From: Opitutales bacterium
GTDB taxonomy: Bacteria; Verrucomicrobiota; Verrucomicrobiia; Opitutales; JABSRG01
DNA: 15,673 nt
NCBI GenBank assembly: GCA_049599475.1
Contig: JBMYOQ010000087.1
Span: 1 to 15,673, forward strand
Reading direction: 5' to 3'
Positions 8,383-15,673 of this stretch are shown here, piece after piece. The translations under genes were made by a program, and so were the position numbers. The notes under the pieces were generated by a model. It was not told the DNA's origin and did not search any database. It worked only from the letters and a program-made list of their open reading frames with translations. Positions within the stretch are counted from its first letter, which is position 1. Each line of letters starts with the position of its first letter.

Positions 8383-9081
8383 TTACAAGATCTTGCCCTT
8401 CAGACGGTTTTTAACTCGGCTGATTTCCCTCTTGGTCTTAGCCTCCTGCAAAGGAGTTCCAAAACTCTCACCAGGTGCCATTCGTTTCAATTCTGAGGGA
8501 GTCATCACTTTGTAGAAAAGCCCAAGATCAAACCGGCACACTCGCTGCCCATTGCGATCAATGTCAACATACACGACTTTCTCACGGCAGATGACATCAA
8601 TGAAAATGCCCTCGCGCTCTGACAAAGGACCGATCTTGCGTTTCAGCAAAAAACTTAATTCCTCTCCCGAAACCTTTGGAATAGAGAATGACACGGGTAC
8701 ACCGTTTTTATACAGATCCTCCGCAGGAATTTCCTTGTCGGCCTTCTCGCTGTATTTTATCGCACCCCAACGCAATTGAGCGAAAACGCGCGATTCCAAA
8801 ACAGCATCAATTGACCCGCGTTTCTGAACATCTGCATCAGTAACATTTCCCAATACACGCAAACCGCAACGGAGGAGTTTCTCCAAAAGTAGACCATAAA
8901 TTTCCTCGCAATCCTGATAATTGAGACTGGGCCAATTCTTCTTTATAAACTGAACCCAACGTTCTCGCCGAGCCGCAATTACCGTCTCCAAAAACCACGC
9001 AAAGTAAGAGCTACTCGCGAGAAGTTTTGACAACTGTGATTGAGCATTTTTTCTATGCTCACCTGAGTGATGATCTTTCAT
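8383..9081 (-). CDS. Divergent sigma-70 ECF-like protein or transcriptional activator
   Basis: Probable start is the ATG at 9081 (MKDHH...). It has a region-2-like WVQFIKKNWPSLNYQDCEEIYGLLLEKLLR, a region-4-like LKRKIGPLSEREGIFI and a terminal TKREISRVKNRLKGKI. It is upstream of and co-oriented with the T4SS operon. Confidence 0.45.
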   Translation of the reverse strand: MKDHHSGEHRKNAQSQLSKLLASSSYFAWFLETVIAARRERWVQFIKKNWPSLNYQDCEEIYGLLLEKLLRCGLRVLGNVTDADVQKRGSIDAVLESRVFAQLRWGAIKYSEKADKEIPAEDLYKNGVPVSFSIPKVSGEELSFLLKRKIGPLSEREGIFIDVICREKVVYVDIDRNGQRVCRFDLGLFYKVMTPSELKRMAPGESFGTPLQEAKTKREISRVKNRLKGKIL

Positions 9082-9203
9082 GCACTTAAGCCTTTCTATC
9101 TTGATGATGTGTTTTTGTGAACACACCCAGATTGACAGAAAGGCCCGGTTCATCGTCGTCCCCCAGGAACTCATTCGCTAGCCATCGAAAAATATTTACT
9201 CAA

Positions 9204-10004
9204 ATGAACGCTAAGCCTACCTGTGACTTAAATCTCCGCTACTTGAGACAAGCCATAGATAAATTAGATCTGGGATCTTCTCCCAAAAAGACATTCATCG
9301 CGCGGGCGAACAGTTCATACGGGGGACATGGGAGGCTTTCAGAGACGAACTATCACTCGATATTTGTCTGCAGAAAGGTCTTCTCAAAATACCTAGAGGG
9401 AAAAGCATTTCCAGTTAAGCATGAGACCGTATTGGGTGTCGCCTACGCTCTGGGTGACATTGACCCGATCAAGATAATTGAACCTACAGATGAAGATGGC
9501 CTAAAAACATTCGAATTCGAGTTCGAGAGAATACTAGGCATCATAAAAAAACGGCGAAATGAAGACCCTTCAGCCACCAAAAAAGCCGAAGCTGAGGCCT
9601 ATTTCAATGACTATCCCTCTCAGCTAAAACCATTCGTTTTAAGACTTCTCGAGTTTTCAACAATCAATTTCCCGTTGAACAAACAATTCATCGAAATCGT
9701 CAAAAGCGCTCGGGATATAGACAGCATCAATATTTCAAAAAGCGAGATTGCGCTAAAGATTGAAAATTCACTCATCAAGATTCGGTACCGCGAGGAAGAT
9801 GTTCGCTCCACTCGTGATGCAGATGCTATTACAGCAAAATCACTCCCTTACTATCTAGCAGGCGAAAGAGAATTTCCCGACGAAGTCTCTCTCGAGGAGC
9901 TTATGTTAATATCTTACTATTTGGACTTACCGGTATCCAAATTTGTCGATAAGGGGTCTCCCCACAGGGACCAACTCGCTAGAATCGAGAACACTCCACA
10001 TTAA
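9204..10004 (+). CDS. Regulator with two XRE/Cro-C1-like HTH domains
   Basis: Probable start is the ATG at 9204. Two similar XRE-like C-halves are present: RKVFSKYLEGKAFPVKHETVLGVAYALGDIDP and AKSLPYYLAGEREFPDEVSLEELMLISYYLDLPVSKFV. It is divergent from the sigma-like gene. Confidence 0.55.
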   Translation: MNAKPTCDLNLRYLRQAIDKLDLGSSPKKTFIARANSSYGGHGRLSETNYHSIFVCRKVFSKYLEGKAFPVKHETVLGVAYALGDIDPIKIIEPTDEDGLKTFEFEFERILGIIKKRRNEDPSATKKAEAEAYFNDYPSQLKPFVLRLLEFSTINFPLNKQFIEIVKSARDIDSINISKSEIALKIENSLIKIRYREEDVRSTRDADAITAKSLPYYLAGEREFPDEVSLEELMLISYYLDLPVSKFVDKGSPHRDQLARIENTPH

Positions 10005-10007
10005 CGA

Positions 10008-10712
10008 GTGATTAACCAATTCCTTCTATACTATAAGATAAGAAACATAGGGGAGGAATTGTTGCGCGAACCAACGAAGAAATACTACAGCCACTCAGAA
10101 AAAGTCCAAATCCTTACTCCCTTCTTTGGGAAAGCCAATAGCTACAAGCTAATTTTGCGCGCTGACAGCATCGCCGACCTTTCAAAATTCACAAATGCCG
10201 AATTAAAGGATCTCGCACCATGCAATCTGTCCGACTCCCAGATCAATAGGTTTCGAAATGCGATATCGCTCCACGAGGTAATCCAACAGGAAGCTAATCG
10301 ACATAACAAGGTTTCAAATGCCCATGAGATGGCCCTAATTCTCAAAGATCGCTTCAAAGGCCTAGACCACGAAGAAATGCACGCCGCATACTTTGACGCT
10401 GATCTTAACGTTTTAGGAATTCGCAAGATCGCAGAGGGTAACGAATGTAGCGTCGAGTATCATCCACGAGATATTTACTCCCCAGCCGTTGAACTAAAGG
10501 CTGCATATGTTGCTGTCGCGCACAACCATCCATCAGGAACTAAAGCGCCTTCGCCTGCCGATTTAGAAAATGTGAAAGTTGACTACGAGGCCGGAGAACT
10601 CCTAGGAATCAAACTTCATGACCATTTCATATTCGACACCACAACATGCGAGCCAGACCGAGATTACTTTTCGATAAGGCGCGATAGTGAGATAGACTTT
10701 GATTGGGTCTAA
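10008..10712 (+). CDS. radC: RadC-family JAB/MPN domain protein
   Basis: Contains LDHEEMHAAYFD, HPRDIY, the JAMM-like AHNHPSGTKAPSPAD and LGIKLHDHFIF, plus an HhH-like N-terminal part. An alternative TTG start at 10062 follows a GGAGG. Confidence 0.9.
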   Translation: MINQFLLYYKIRNIGEELLREPTKKYYSHSEKVQILTPFFGKANSYKLILRADSIADLSKFTNAELKDLAPCNLSDSQINRFRNAISLHEVIQQEANRHNKVSNAHEMALILKDRFKGLDHEEMHAAYFDADLNVLGIRKIAEGNECSVEYHPRDIYSPAVELKAAYVAVAHNHPSGTKAPSPADLENVKVDYEAGELLGIKLHDHFIFDTTTCEPDRDYFSIRRDSEIDFDWV

Positions 10713-11188
10713 CCAAGCAAATCATGAATCTCCATGAGATTGGACCTCAACGAAGCAACTCTATCACCATCATATTTCTCCAATAGCTCAATCATTTCGC
10801 CGAAAGAGAACTGGATTCTGCTAGCAACCTTATAAACAATATTCGCTTCAATTTGATTACACTCACATGAAGAAGCAGCGAAGCTGAAGACCTCCTTTAT
10901 AACCTCATGTTTTTCAAAATCGCTGAAGTTCATATCCATTGCTTCATTCATTATCCACGAGTCACGCTGCAGATTACTCAATAGTTCCATTGCTTCAGAA
11001 GGCCTTCTCTTAACAGAACTATTCCGATGAATATACCGCATCAGATACATCCGGCTCTTGTGCGACATTGAACCACTTGCCAATGCAATAGTGCACAGCG
11101 ACCGCAATACAAAAATAAAAGTCCGAGAATCTGATTCTTCCATTCCAAAAATTCTAAATGAGGCTAAAGAAAAACTTCCTGTTTTCAA
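10709..11188 (-). CDS. Degenerate TerB-like helical protein
   Basis: Shows the two TerB half-motifs (LCTIALASGSMSHKSRMYL and EKHEVIKEVFSFAASSCECNQIEANIVYKVASRIQFS). The true start could be the later Met (MEESDS). Confidence 0.5.
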   Translation of the reverse strand: MKTGSFSLASFRIFGMEESDSRTFIFVLRSLCTIALASGSMSHKSRMYLMRYIHRNSSVKRRPSEAMELLSNLQRDSWIMNEAMDMNFSDFEKHEVIKEVFSFAASSCECNQIEANIVYKVASRIQFSFGEMIELLEKYDGDRVASLRSNLMEIHDLLG

Positions 11189-11212
11189 TCATTAGGTATA
11201 GACGTCCGATCG

Positions 11213-14200
11213 ATGAGCATATTGTCAAAGTTACTTCGCACAGGTGAGACAGTCGCCATGAAAGCATTTAATGCCCTAGGAGCCCTCAGCGCTGCTTCCA
11301 CAGGGGTCAAGGACATGAAAGAACCCGGAATCATGTATCTTTTTAGCCAAGCTGTTGAAGCTTCTCCAGATGCAGACGGGCTCAAGAAGGTCGAAAAAGC
11401 AATGGGTGCAGTTACCGGTGTAATCCATTGGCCGATGAAAGGGAATTTCACAAGAGAGCGGATGATTGGAATGCTTTGCGTGATTAGAGTAAACCTCTCT
11501 ATTACTTCACGCAGAAGGGGTAATTCATCCATTCCCAATTCCCAGATCTTCGCAGATTTGGATCTAGCTGAGAAATATACCTCTCCCAATGATGCTTCGG
11601 GATGGCCATATATATGCGTATACCGAGCACGGATGTTGCTCGAATTTGAGCCCAGGACGGCAGAGGGAACCAAAGAGGCTATCCAAAGGCTGGAAAGTGT
11701 ATCATCTAGCATACACTTAACCCAAGACAGTGTAATTATAGCCGAACACTCAGAATTACTTGCCGAAGCACATGTATCTCTGGGGCATGGGCAGGATGAA
11801 CAAGGTATTGAGAAAGGCATTCAAGACTACGAATCATATCTTGAAACAGATGCGGGGAGTGTAGCGCAACGTGCCCGTGCACAAACACTTTTAGCGATGC
11901 TTTACTCTCAGAGAATTAAAGGAGATGTGGAGGACAACACCAACACAGCAATTTCACTGCTGAAAGAAGCTTCTGAAAACTTAGACGTTCAGCAAAACCC
12001 CTATGAATATGCGATGGCTAAACAGTATCTCTCCCACGTATTGTCCGCATATCGAAACCAGCCAGACCAATATTACAAGAACCTTGACCTCGCAATTGAA
12101 GCGAATAACGAGGCGATAGAGGTGTTCTCTAAAGATAAAGATCGGTATCGCACAGAATACGGTGACTGCATGCAGCATCACGCACAATTAATATCGGAGC
12201 GTAAAGATATAAGGGAAGACACCTTAGACATAATTGAACACGCTGGGAACGAAGCCCAAAAAGCATTTTCAACAAACAAAGAATCGCTAGATTACTCACG
12301 CGTGGCACAAACAACAGAAGCCGCACGTGCCAAAATTGGAGGCGATGATCCGCAAAAGAGTCTCTTTCTAGCGGAACAAACGCTTAAGTCGTGTAGCAAA
12401 ACAAGTGAGCCACTTCAGTGGGCTGCCGCTCAGACGGAATTAGCAAAGTGCTATCTAAATTTGCCAAGAAATAAAGATGGAGCAGCTAATATTTTAAGAG
12501 CGATCAACCTCCTGGAAGATGCATTAGAATGTCTTCCGAAAGGAGATTCTCGCACATTAGAATGGATGATCCGAAGCACCATAGCGGATGCACACGCTGT
12601 AAGACTTGATGGAAATACTTGGGAAAACCTCGAATATTCGATACAAGAGCAGTCGGGAATTCTGGAGGAATTTGATTACTCAGCGGAGCCTCAACTATGG
12701 ACTAACATAGCATGTAATTTAGCTCAATCCTATATGGAAAGGACTGAAGGGGACTTCGCAGACAATATTGAGCTAGCAATCAGTTACTTAGAAGAAGCTG
12801 CCACCTTTACTGGAGAGCATGACGGAATCAGGCTACACATTCATGTTCAATCCTTGCTATCCGATGCCTTATTCAAACGGATACGCGGAAACAAAACATC
12901 AAACCTGAAAAATGCTCTAGACTGCGCAAGAAGCGCGCTATCATCCATGGCGGAAATTCAGGCACCTGATCCATTTACTGCGCTGCTCGAGCAACGGATA
13001 ATTCGCTCGCTTGAGTCATTCGGCATCGAAGTCGAAGATTTCGAGTTCTCCACAACAGATGACGATCGCTACGCAGTTCCGCAGTCAATCCGAACTTACA
13101 TCAACACTTTGGATGCAGACGAATTCCCTGAGAAGGTTGCTAGCGCCAAACGTGCAACCGCGGAGTGGTTACTGTTTATAACTCCTAATCCAAGCATGGA
13201 TATGAGATCATGGCAGCTAATTAGACATTCACAATACGAGCGTGCTCTCTGTGACATCAATCACGCACTCGAACTGGCAGAAGAACATGGCATGGCACGT
13301 AAAATACCGAGCCTACTAAAAATCAAAGCACAAGCACTGTCACAACTTTACGAAGTTACAGTAACAAGCAGCCAACCCTTCGACTCTGATGATATTGATG
13401 AAATTTTCTCCCTCGAAGCTCCCGTCGACAATGATAAAGCCAACGACCATATAAAGCAGGCGATTCCTTGCCAAGAGCGTCTACTCGAAATCAAACCAAA
13501 GTCTTCTGGCTTGCTCGAATACATCTCGAATAAATTTGATTTGGGTAAATTATATCTAGATCTCCGTCACTGGGACAAGGTCTCTGAAATTTTCTTGGAA
13601 CTCAACGAACTCCTGAATCAAACTATTGATGACGCGATTATATGTCCATCAAATCGAGATGAGTTAATCGACCGACTAGCATTAAGCACACGCTACGCGG
13701 CTATGGCACTTAGCATGAAGGGCGAATGGGAAGATGCTGTCTATACGACAGAGATTGGCCGAGGGCGCTTACGGGCGAAAAAACTCTCCCTAATTAAGGC
13801 AGCACAAACCGAAGAAAAACGTAATAAACTGAGAGAACTTGAATCTGAACTCGATAGCCACGAGTCATACCTATCAAGCGATTCACTGATCGACAGAATG
13901 ACTCCCTTGAGAAATTCACTCAAGATTCGACGCCGAATAAATGAATTGCTCAGATCATTCAAAGAACCCGAGCAAATATCCAAGGAGGAAGTAATCCACC
14001 GACTGGACTCCATTGTTAAGGAAGACACCGTTTTTCTAATTCCCTTAGCGTCATTTGAAATCGGCACAACCATCATCTGTTCGAAACAAAAAGACACTCT
14101 CCAGTTTTCTTCATTCTCTTCCGGAGGCGAGTTAAAGCAGACAAATGCCTATATGTATTTCACTGAATGGCTGAAGGCTTATGAGAAACGTGATAATGAA

Positions 14201-15154
14201 ACCCATGTCGATAGCTCAGAACTGTCCGAATTATTTGGCGAAGTCTTCTACAAAGATTTTATAGGATGGTACTTACAAACAAACAAGCGCGGCATCACCA
14301 ACATCATATTCATGCCGACCAACGCAATGGCAACTTTGCCGATCAACATGAGCAGAGTAGACGAGGAAGGGATTCTCGAATCCCACTCAATTTCTATCTG
14401 CAACGCGCTCACCCAGGTAAATCGTTGGCCTGACAAGGAACAGAAAAAACCGCGGAGCAACAAGATAGGCAGCGTATCAAACCCGGAAACTGTTTACAAC
14501 GACCTACCTCTGGCAGAGATAGAATCCTATGCCGCAGGGAAATTTTTCCGTGATAGCTCGGCAACATCAGGACGTGAAGCAAACCTTTCTTCGACGATCG
14601 ACACTCTAGAAGGCAAAGACTTCTGGCACTTTGCGTGCCACTGCCGCTTCAATATAAAATCTCCAGAGCGCTCAGAGCTGATACTAGCAAACAAAGAGTC
14701 TCTAACGATGACGGATATCCTGCGATACCCGTGGAAGAACGCTCCAGCTTTAGTCGTTTTATCAGCCTGTGACTCTGCAAAATTTGATCAACGACAACCG
14801 TCTGAATTCAACGGGTTGGTATCCGCGTTTCAAGATATTGGTGCAAAAGGCGTAATTGCTAGCCTATGGAAGGTCGACGACATGGCAGGCTGCCTACTGA
14901 TTACGAAATTTTTCGAAGAGTTCGCAAGTGACACATTAGGCGCGCCGCAAGCACTGCGGCGTGCTCAAGTCTGGCTCGCTAATGCAGACAAAGAAGAAAT
15001 CGAAGATCAACTGTCAGAATGGCTCAAAAGAGGAATAATCCTAAACAACCACCACAACACATTGAAGGAAAGGCTAGATCGACGTAGCCAAGAACCAGAT
15101 TATCCATTCGCAGATCCATATTTCTGGAGCGGCTTCGTTCACTACGGAAACTAA
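11213..15154 (+). CDS. TPR-repeat CHAT-domain (caspase/separase-like) protease
   Basis: 1313 aa with repeated TPR-like units (GDVEDNTNTAISLLKEA, GNTWENLEYSIQ, GDFADNIELAISYLEEA, GNKTSNLKNALDCA), then EIGRGR and a coiled coil. CHAT motifs follow: IIFMPTNAMATLPI, WHFACH (His1143), VVLSACDS (Cys1186), GAKGVIASLWKVDD, ALRRAQVWL and PYFWSGFVHYG. Confidence 0.92.
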   Translation: MSILSKLLRTGETVAMKAFNALGALSAASTGVKDMKEPGIMYLFSQAVEASPDADGLKKVEKAMGAVTGVIHWPMKGNFTRERMIGMLCVIRVNLSITSRRRGNSSIPNSQIFADLDLAEKYTSPNDASGWPYICVYRARMLLEFEPRTAEGTKEAIQRLESVSSSIHLTQDSVIIAEHSELLAEAHVSLGHGQDEQGIEKGIQDYESYLETDAGSVAQRARAQTLLAMLYSQRIKGDVEDNTNTAISLLKEASENLDVQQNPYEYAMAKQYLSHVLSAYRNQPDQYYKNLDLAIEANNEAIEVFSKDKDRYRTEYGDCMQHHAQLISERKDIREDTLDIIEHAGNEAQKAFSTNKESLDYSRVAQTTEAARAKIGGDDPQKSLFLAEQTLKSCSKTSEPLQWAAAQTELAKCYLNLPRNKDGAANILRAINLLEDALECLPKGDSRTLEWMIRSTIADAHAVRLDGNTWENLEYSIQEQSGILEEFDYSAEPQLWTNIACNLAQSYMERTEGDFADNIELAISYLEEAATFTGEHDGIRLHIHVQSLLSDALFKRIRGNKTSNLKNALDCARSALSSMAEIQAPDPFTALLEQRIIRSLESFGIEVEDFEFSTTDDDRYAVPQSIRTYINTLDADEFPEKVASAKRATAEWLLFITPNPSMDMRSWQLIRHSQYERALCDINHALELAEEHGMARKIPSLLKIKAQALSQLYEVTVTSSQPFDSDDIDEIFSLEAPVDNDKANDHIKQAIPCQERLLEIKPKSSGLLEYISNKFDLGKLYLDLRHWDKVSEIFLELNELLNQTIDDAIICPSNRDELIDRLALSTRYAAMALSMKGEWEDAVYTTEIGRGRLRAKKLSLIKAAQTEEKRNKLRELESELDSHESYLSSDSLIDRMTPLRNSLKIRRRINELLRSFKEPEQISKEEVIHRLDSIVKEDTVFLIPLASFEIGTTIICSKQKDTLQFSSFSSGGELKQTNAYMYFTEWLKAYEKRDNETHVDSSELSELFGEVFYKDFIGWYLQTNKRGITNIIFMPTNAMATLPINMSRVDEEGILESHSISICNALTQVNRWPDKEQKKPRSNKIGSVSNPETVYNDLPLAEIESYAAGKFFRDSSATSGREANLSSTIDTLEGKDFWHFACHCRFNIKSPERSELILANKESLTMTDILRYPWKNAPALVVLSACDSAKFDQRQPSEFNGLVSAFQDIGAKGVIASLWKVDDMAGCLLITKFFEEFASDTLGAPQALRRAQVWLANADKEEIEDQLSEWLKRGIILNNHHNTLKERLDRRSQEPDYPFADPYFWSGFVHYGN

Positions 15155-15183
15155 TATAATACAATATATACTACAATTTCGAC

Positions 15184-15396
15184 CTAGTCTTCTGCACACA
15201 AAGACTCCGCTGCTCTTTTAATCGCCTCAGGTAAAAAATCCCAACGCTCGACAATTTTACGCAATCGAGGACAAGTGATGACAGAATTTTGTGGGTCTAT
15301 TTGTGGGTCAAAGGGGGTTCCTGCTTCGGAAACCCCTGACCTACAAGGCTTTAAATCAACCGGACTCGGGGGTTCGAATCCCTCCGCCCTTGCCAT
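15184..15396 (-). CDS. Small hypothetical ORF crossing the att site; only the C-terminal part looks protein-like
   Basis: The N-terminus is simply the antisense of the tRNA fragment. The C-terminus (PRLRKIVERWDFLPEAIKRAAESL) resembles a short LxxxxxxWxxLPxxI motif I associate with ends of integrative elements, from memory and unverified. Confidence 0.35.
   Translation of the reverse strand: MARAEGFEPPSPVDLKPCRSGVSEAGTPFDPQIDPQNSVITCPRLRKIVERWDFLPEAIKRAAESLCAED
15288..15309. repeat. Tandem 10-bp direct repeat TTTGTGGGTC, probable tyrosine-integrase arm-type sites
   Basis: Perfect copies at 15288-15297 and 15300-15309, 2 bp apart and about 50 bp inside the tRNA fragment. Confidence 0.6.
15358..15395 (+). 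tRNA. 3' half of a tRNA-Trp; probable attR of the island, not an intact tRNA
   Basis: The sequence A-ACCGG-ACTC-GGGGG-TTCGAAT-CCCTC-CGCCCTT-G-CCA gives the 3' anticodon stem, T-arm, acceptor strand, G discriminator and CCA. It closely matches bacterial tRNA-Trp 3' ends (..ACCGG..CTCTCCGCCCCTGCCA). No matching 5' acceptor strand or D-arm lies upstream. Confidence 0.75.
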
Positions 15397-15521
15397 TCGG
15401 AGAATGGCAGGAGGGATGAGAATCCCAGGGTTCGACGAAGTGAGCGCAGCAAACGAAGATGGGACGCCGCAGGCGGTCGCGTAGCGATTGCGAACGCAAC
15501 CAACCCCTCCGCCCTTGCCAT
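15377..15521 (+). repeat. tRNA-linked repeat unit duplicating the tRNA 3' end
   Basis: CCCTCCGCCCTTGCCAT occurs at 15380-15396 and 15505-15521 (125-bp period). The spacer carries GGGATGAGAA..GGTTCGAC and short palindromes. A hairpin, TGCCATTC-GGA-GAATGGCA, lies at 15391-15409. Confidence 0.7.
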
Positions 15522-15608
15522 ATTTAAAGGATGAGGGATGAAGGTTGAGGGATGAAAGCGTAATCGCTGGATAGCCTTCGTGTTTGCGATTTATACTGGC
15601 TCAGCCGC

Positions 15609-15637
15609 TTGAAAATCAGCTGCTTGTAGGATATACC
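15609..15637 (+). promoter_or_regulatory. Possible sigma-70 promoter for a host gene starting at ATG 15641
   Basis: TTGAAA (15609-15614), a 17-bp spacer and TATACC (15632-15637), followed by an open frame MRNQLFEPLRE running to the window edge. Confidence 0.25.
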
Positions 15638-15673
15638 CCTATGAGAAATCAGCTTTTTGAGCCCTTGCGAGAA

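Larger units (their letters stand above)
1..15395. mobile_element. Right arm of a tRNA-Trp-integrated ICE or genomic island that extends beyond the left edge
   Basis: Combines a VirB-like operon, radC, regulators and defence-type cargo with a terminal tRNA 3' fragment and arm-like repeats. Integrase and relaxase are not in the window. Confidence 0.75.

Noticed and set aside
922..8779. Numerous plus-strand ORFs of 60-161 aa across the T4SS operon and the sigma-like gene
   Set aside because: They are antisense shadows of coherent minus-strand genes and have no recognisable motifs.
11185..11820. 211-aa minus-strand ORF abutting the TerB-like gene
   Set aside because: It is almost wholly antisense to the well-supported CHAT gene, Ser-rich and without motifs, so it is most likely a shadow ORF, although its stop does overlap the TerB-like start.
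15340..15395. CTTTAAA upstream of the T-arm could be read as an ochre-suppressor (UUA) anticodon loop of a complete tRNA
   Set aside because: There is no 5' acceptor strand complementary to CGCCCTT, no D-arm and no good anticodon stem. The tRNA-Trp register (ACCGG stem) explains the sequence better as an att fragment.
15275..15484. 69-aa plus-strand ORF across the att site
   Set aside because: It is a translation of the arm repeats, tRNA fragment and repeat element, with no protein-like features.
15377..15521. Possible mini-CRISPR (repeat-spacer-repeat) linked to the CHAT protease, as in Craspase
   Set aside because: There are only two 17-20 bp copies with a spacer of over 100 bp, the repeat is the tRNA 3' end, and no cas genes are present.

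Overview
The window looks like the right-hand ~15.4 kb of a tRNA-integrated genomic island or integrative conjugative element (ICE). From left to right it holds: (1) the 5' end of an RloC/AAA_13-type ATPase, on the minus strand, running off the window and absent from the ORF track; (2) a tightly packed minus-strand operon for a divergent, compact VirB-like type IV secretion system, transcribed as virB2-B3-B4-lipoprotein-B5-B6-B8-B9-B10, with no virB1, virB11, virD4 or relaxase in view; (3) an atypical ECF-sigma-like gene upstream of the operon, divergent from a tandem two-domain XRE-like regulator and a RadC/JAB gene; (4) a degenerate TerB-like gene head-to-head with a 1313-aa TPR-CHAT caspase-family protease that keeps its His/Cys dyad; (5) the island end, with paired arm-type direct repeats, the 3' half of a tRNA-Trp (probable attR) and a small antisense ORF crossing it; (6) a tRNA-linked repeat in the flanking host DNA. 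The best candidate for an undescribed system is the sigma-like / dual-XRE / JAB / TerB-like / TPR-CHAT block beside the transfer operon. All family calls come from motif recognition by eye and need HMM or structure confirmation.
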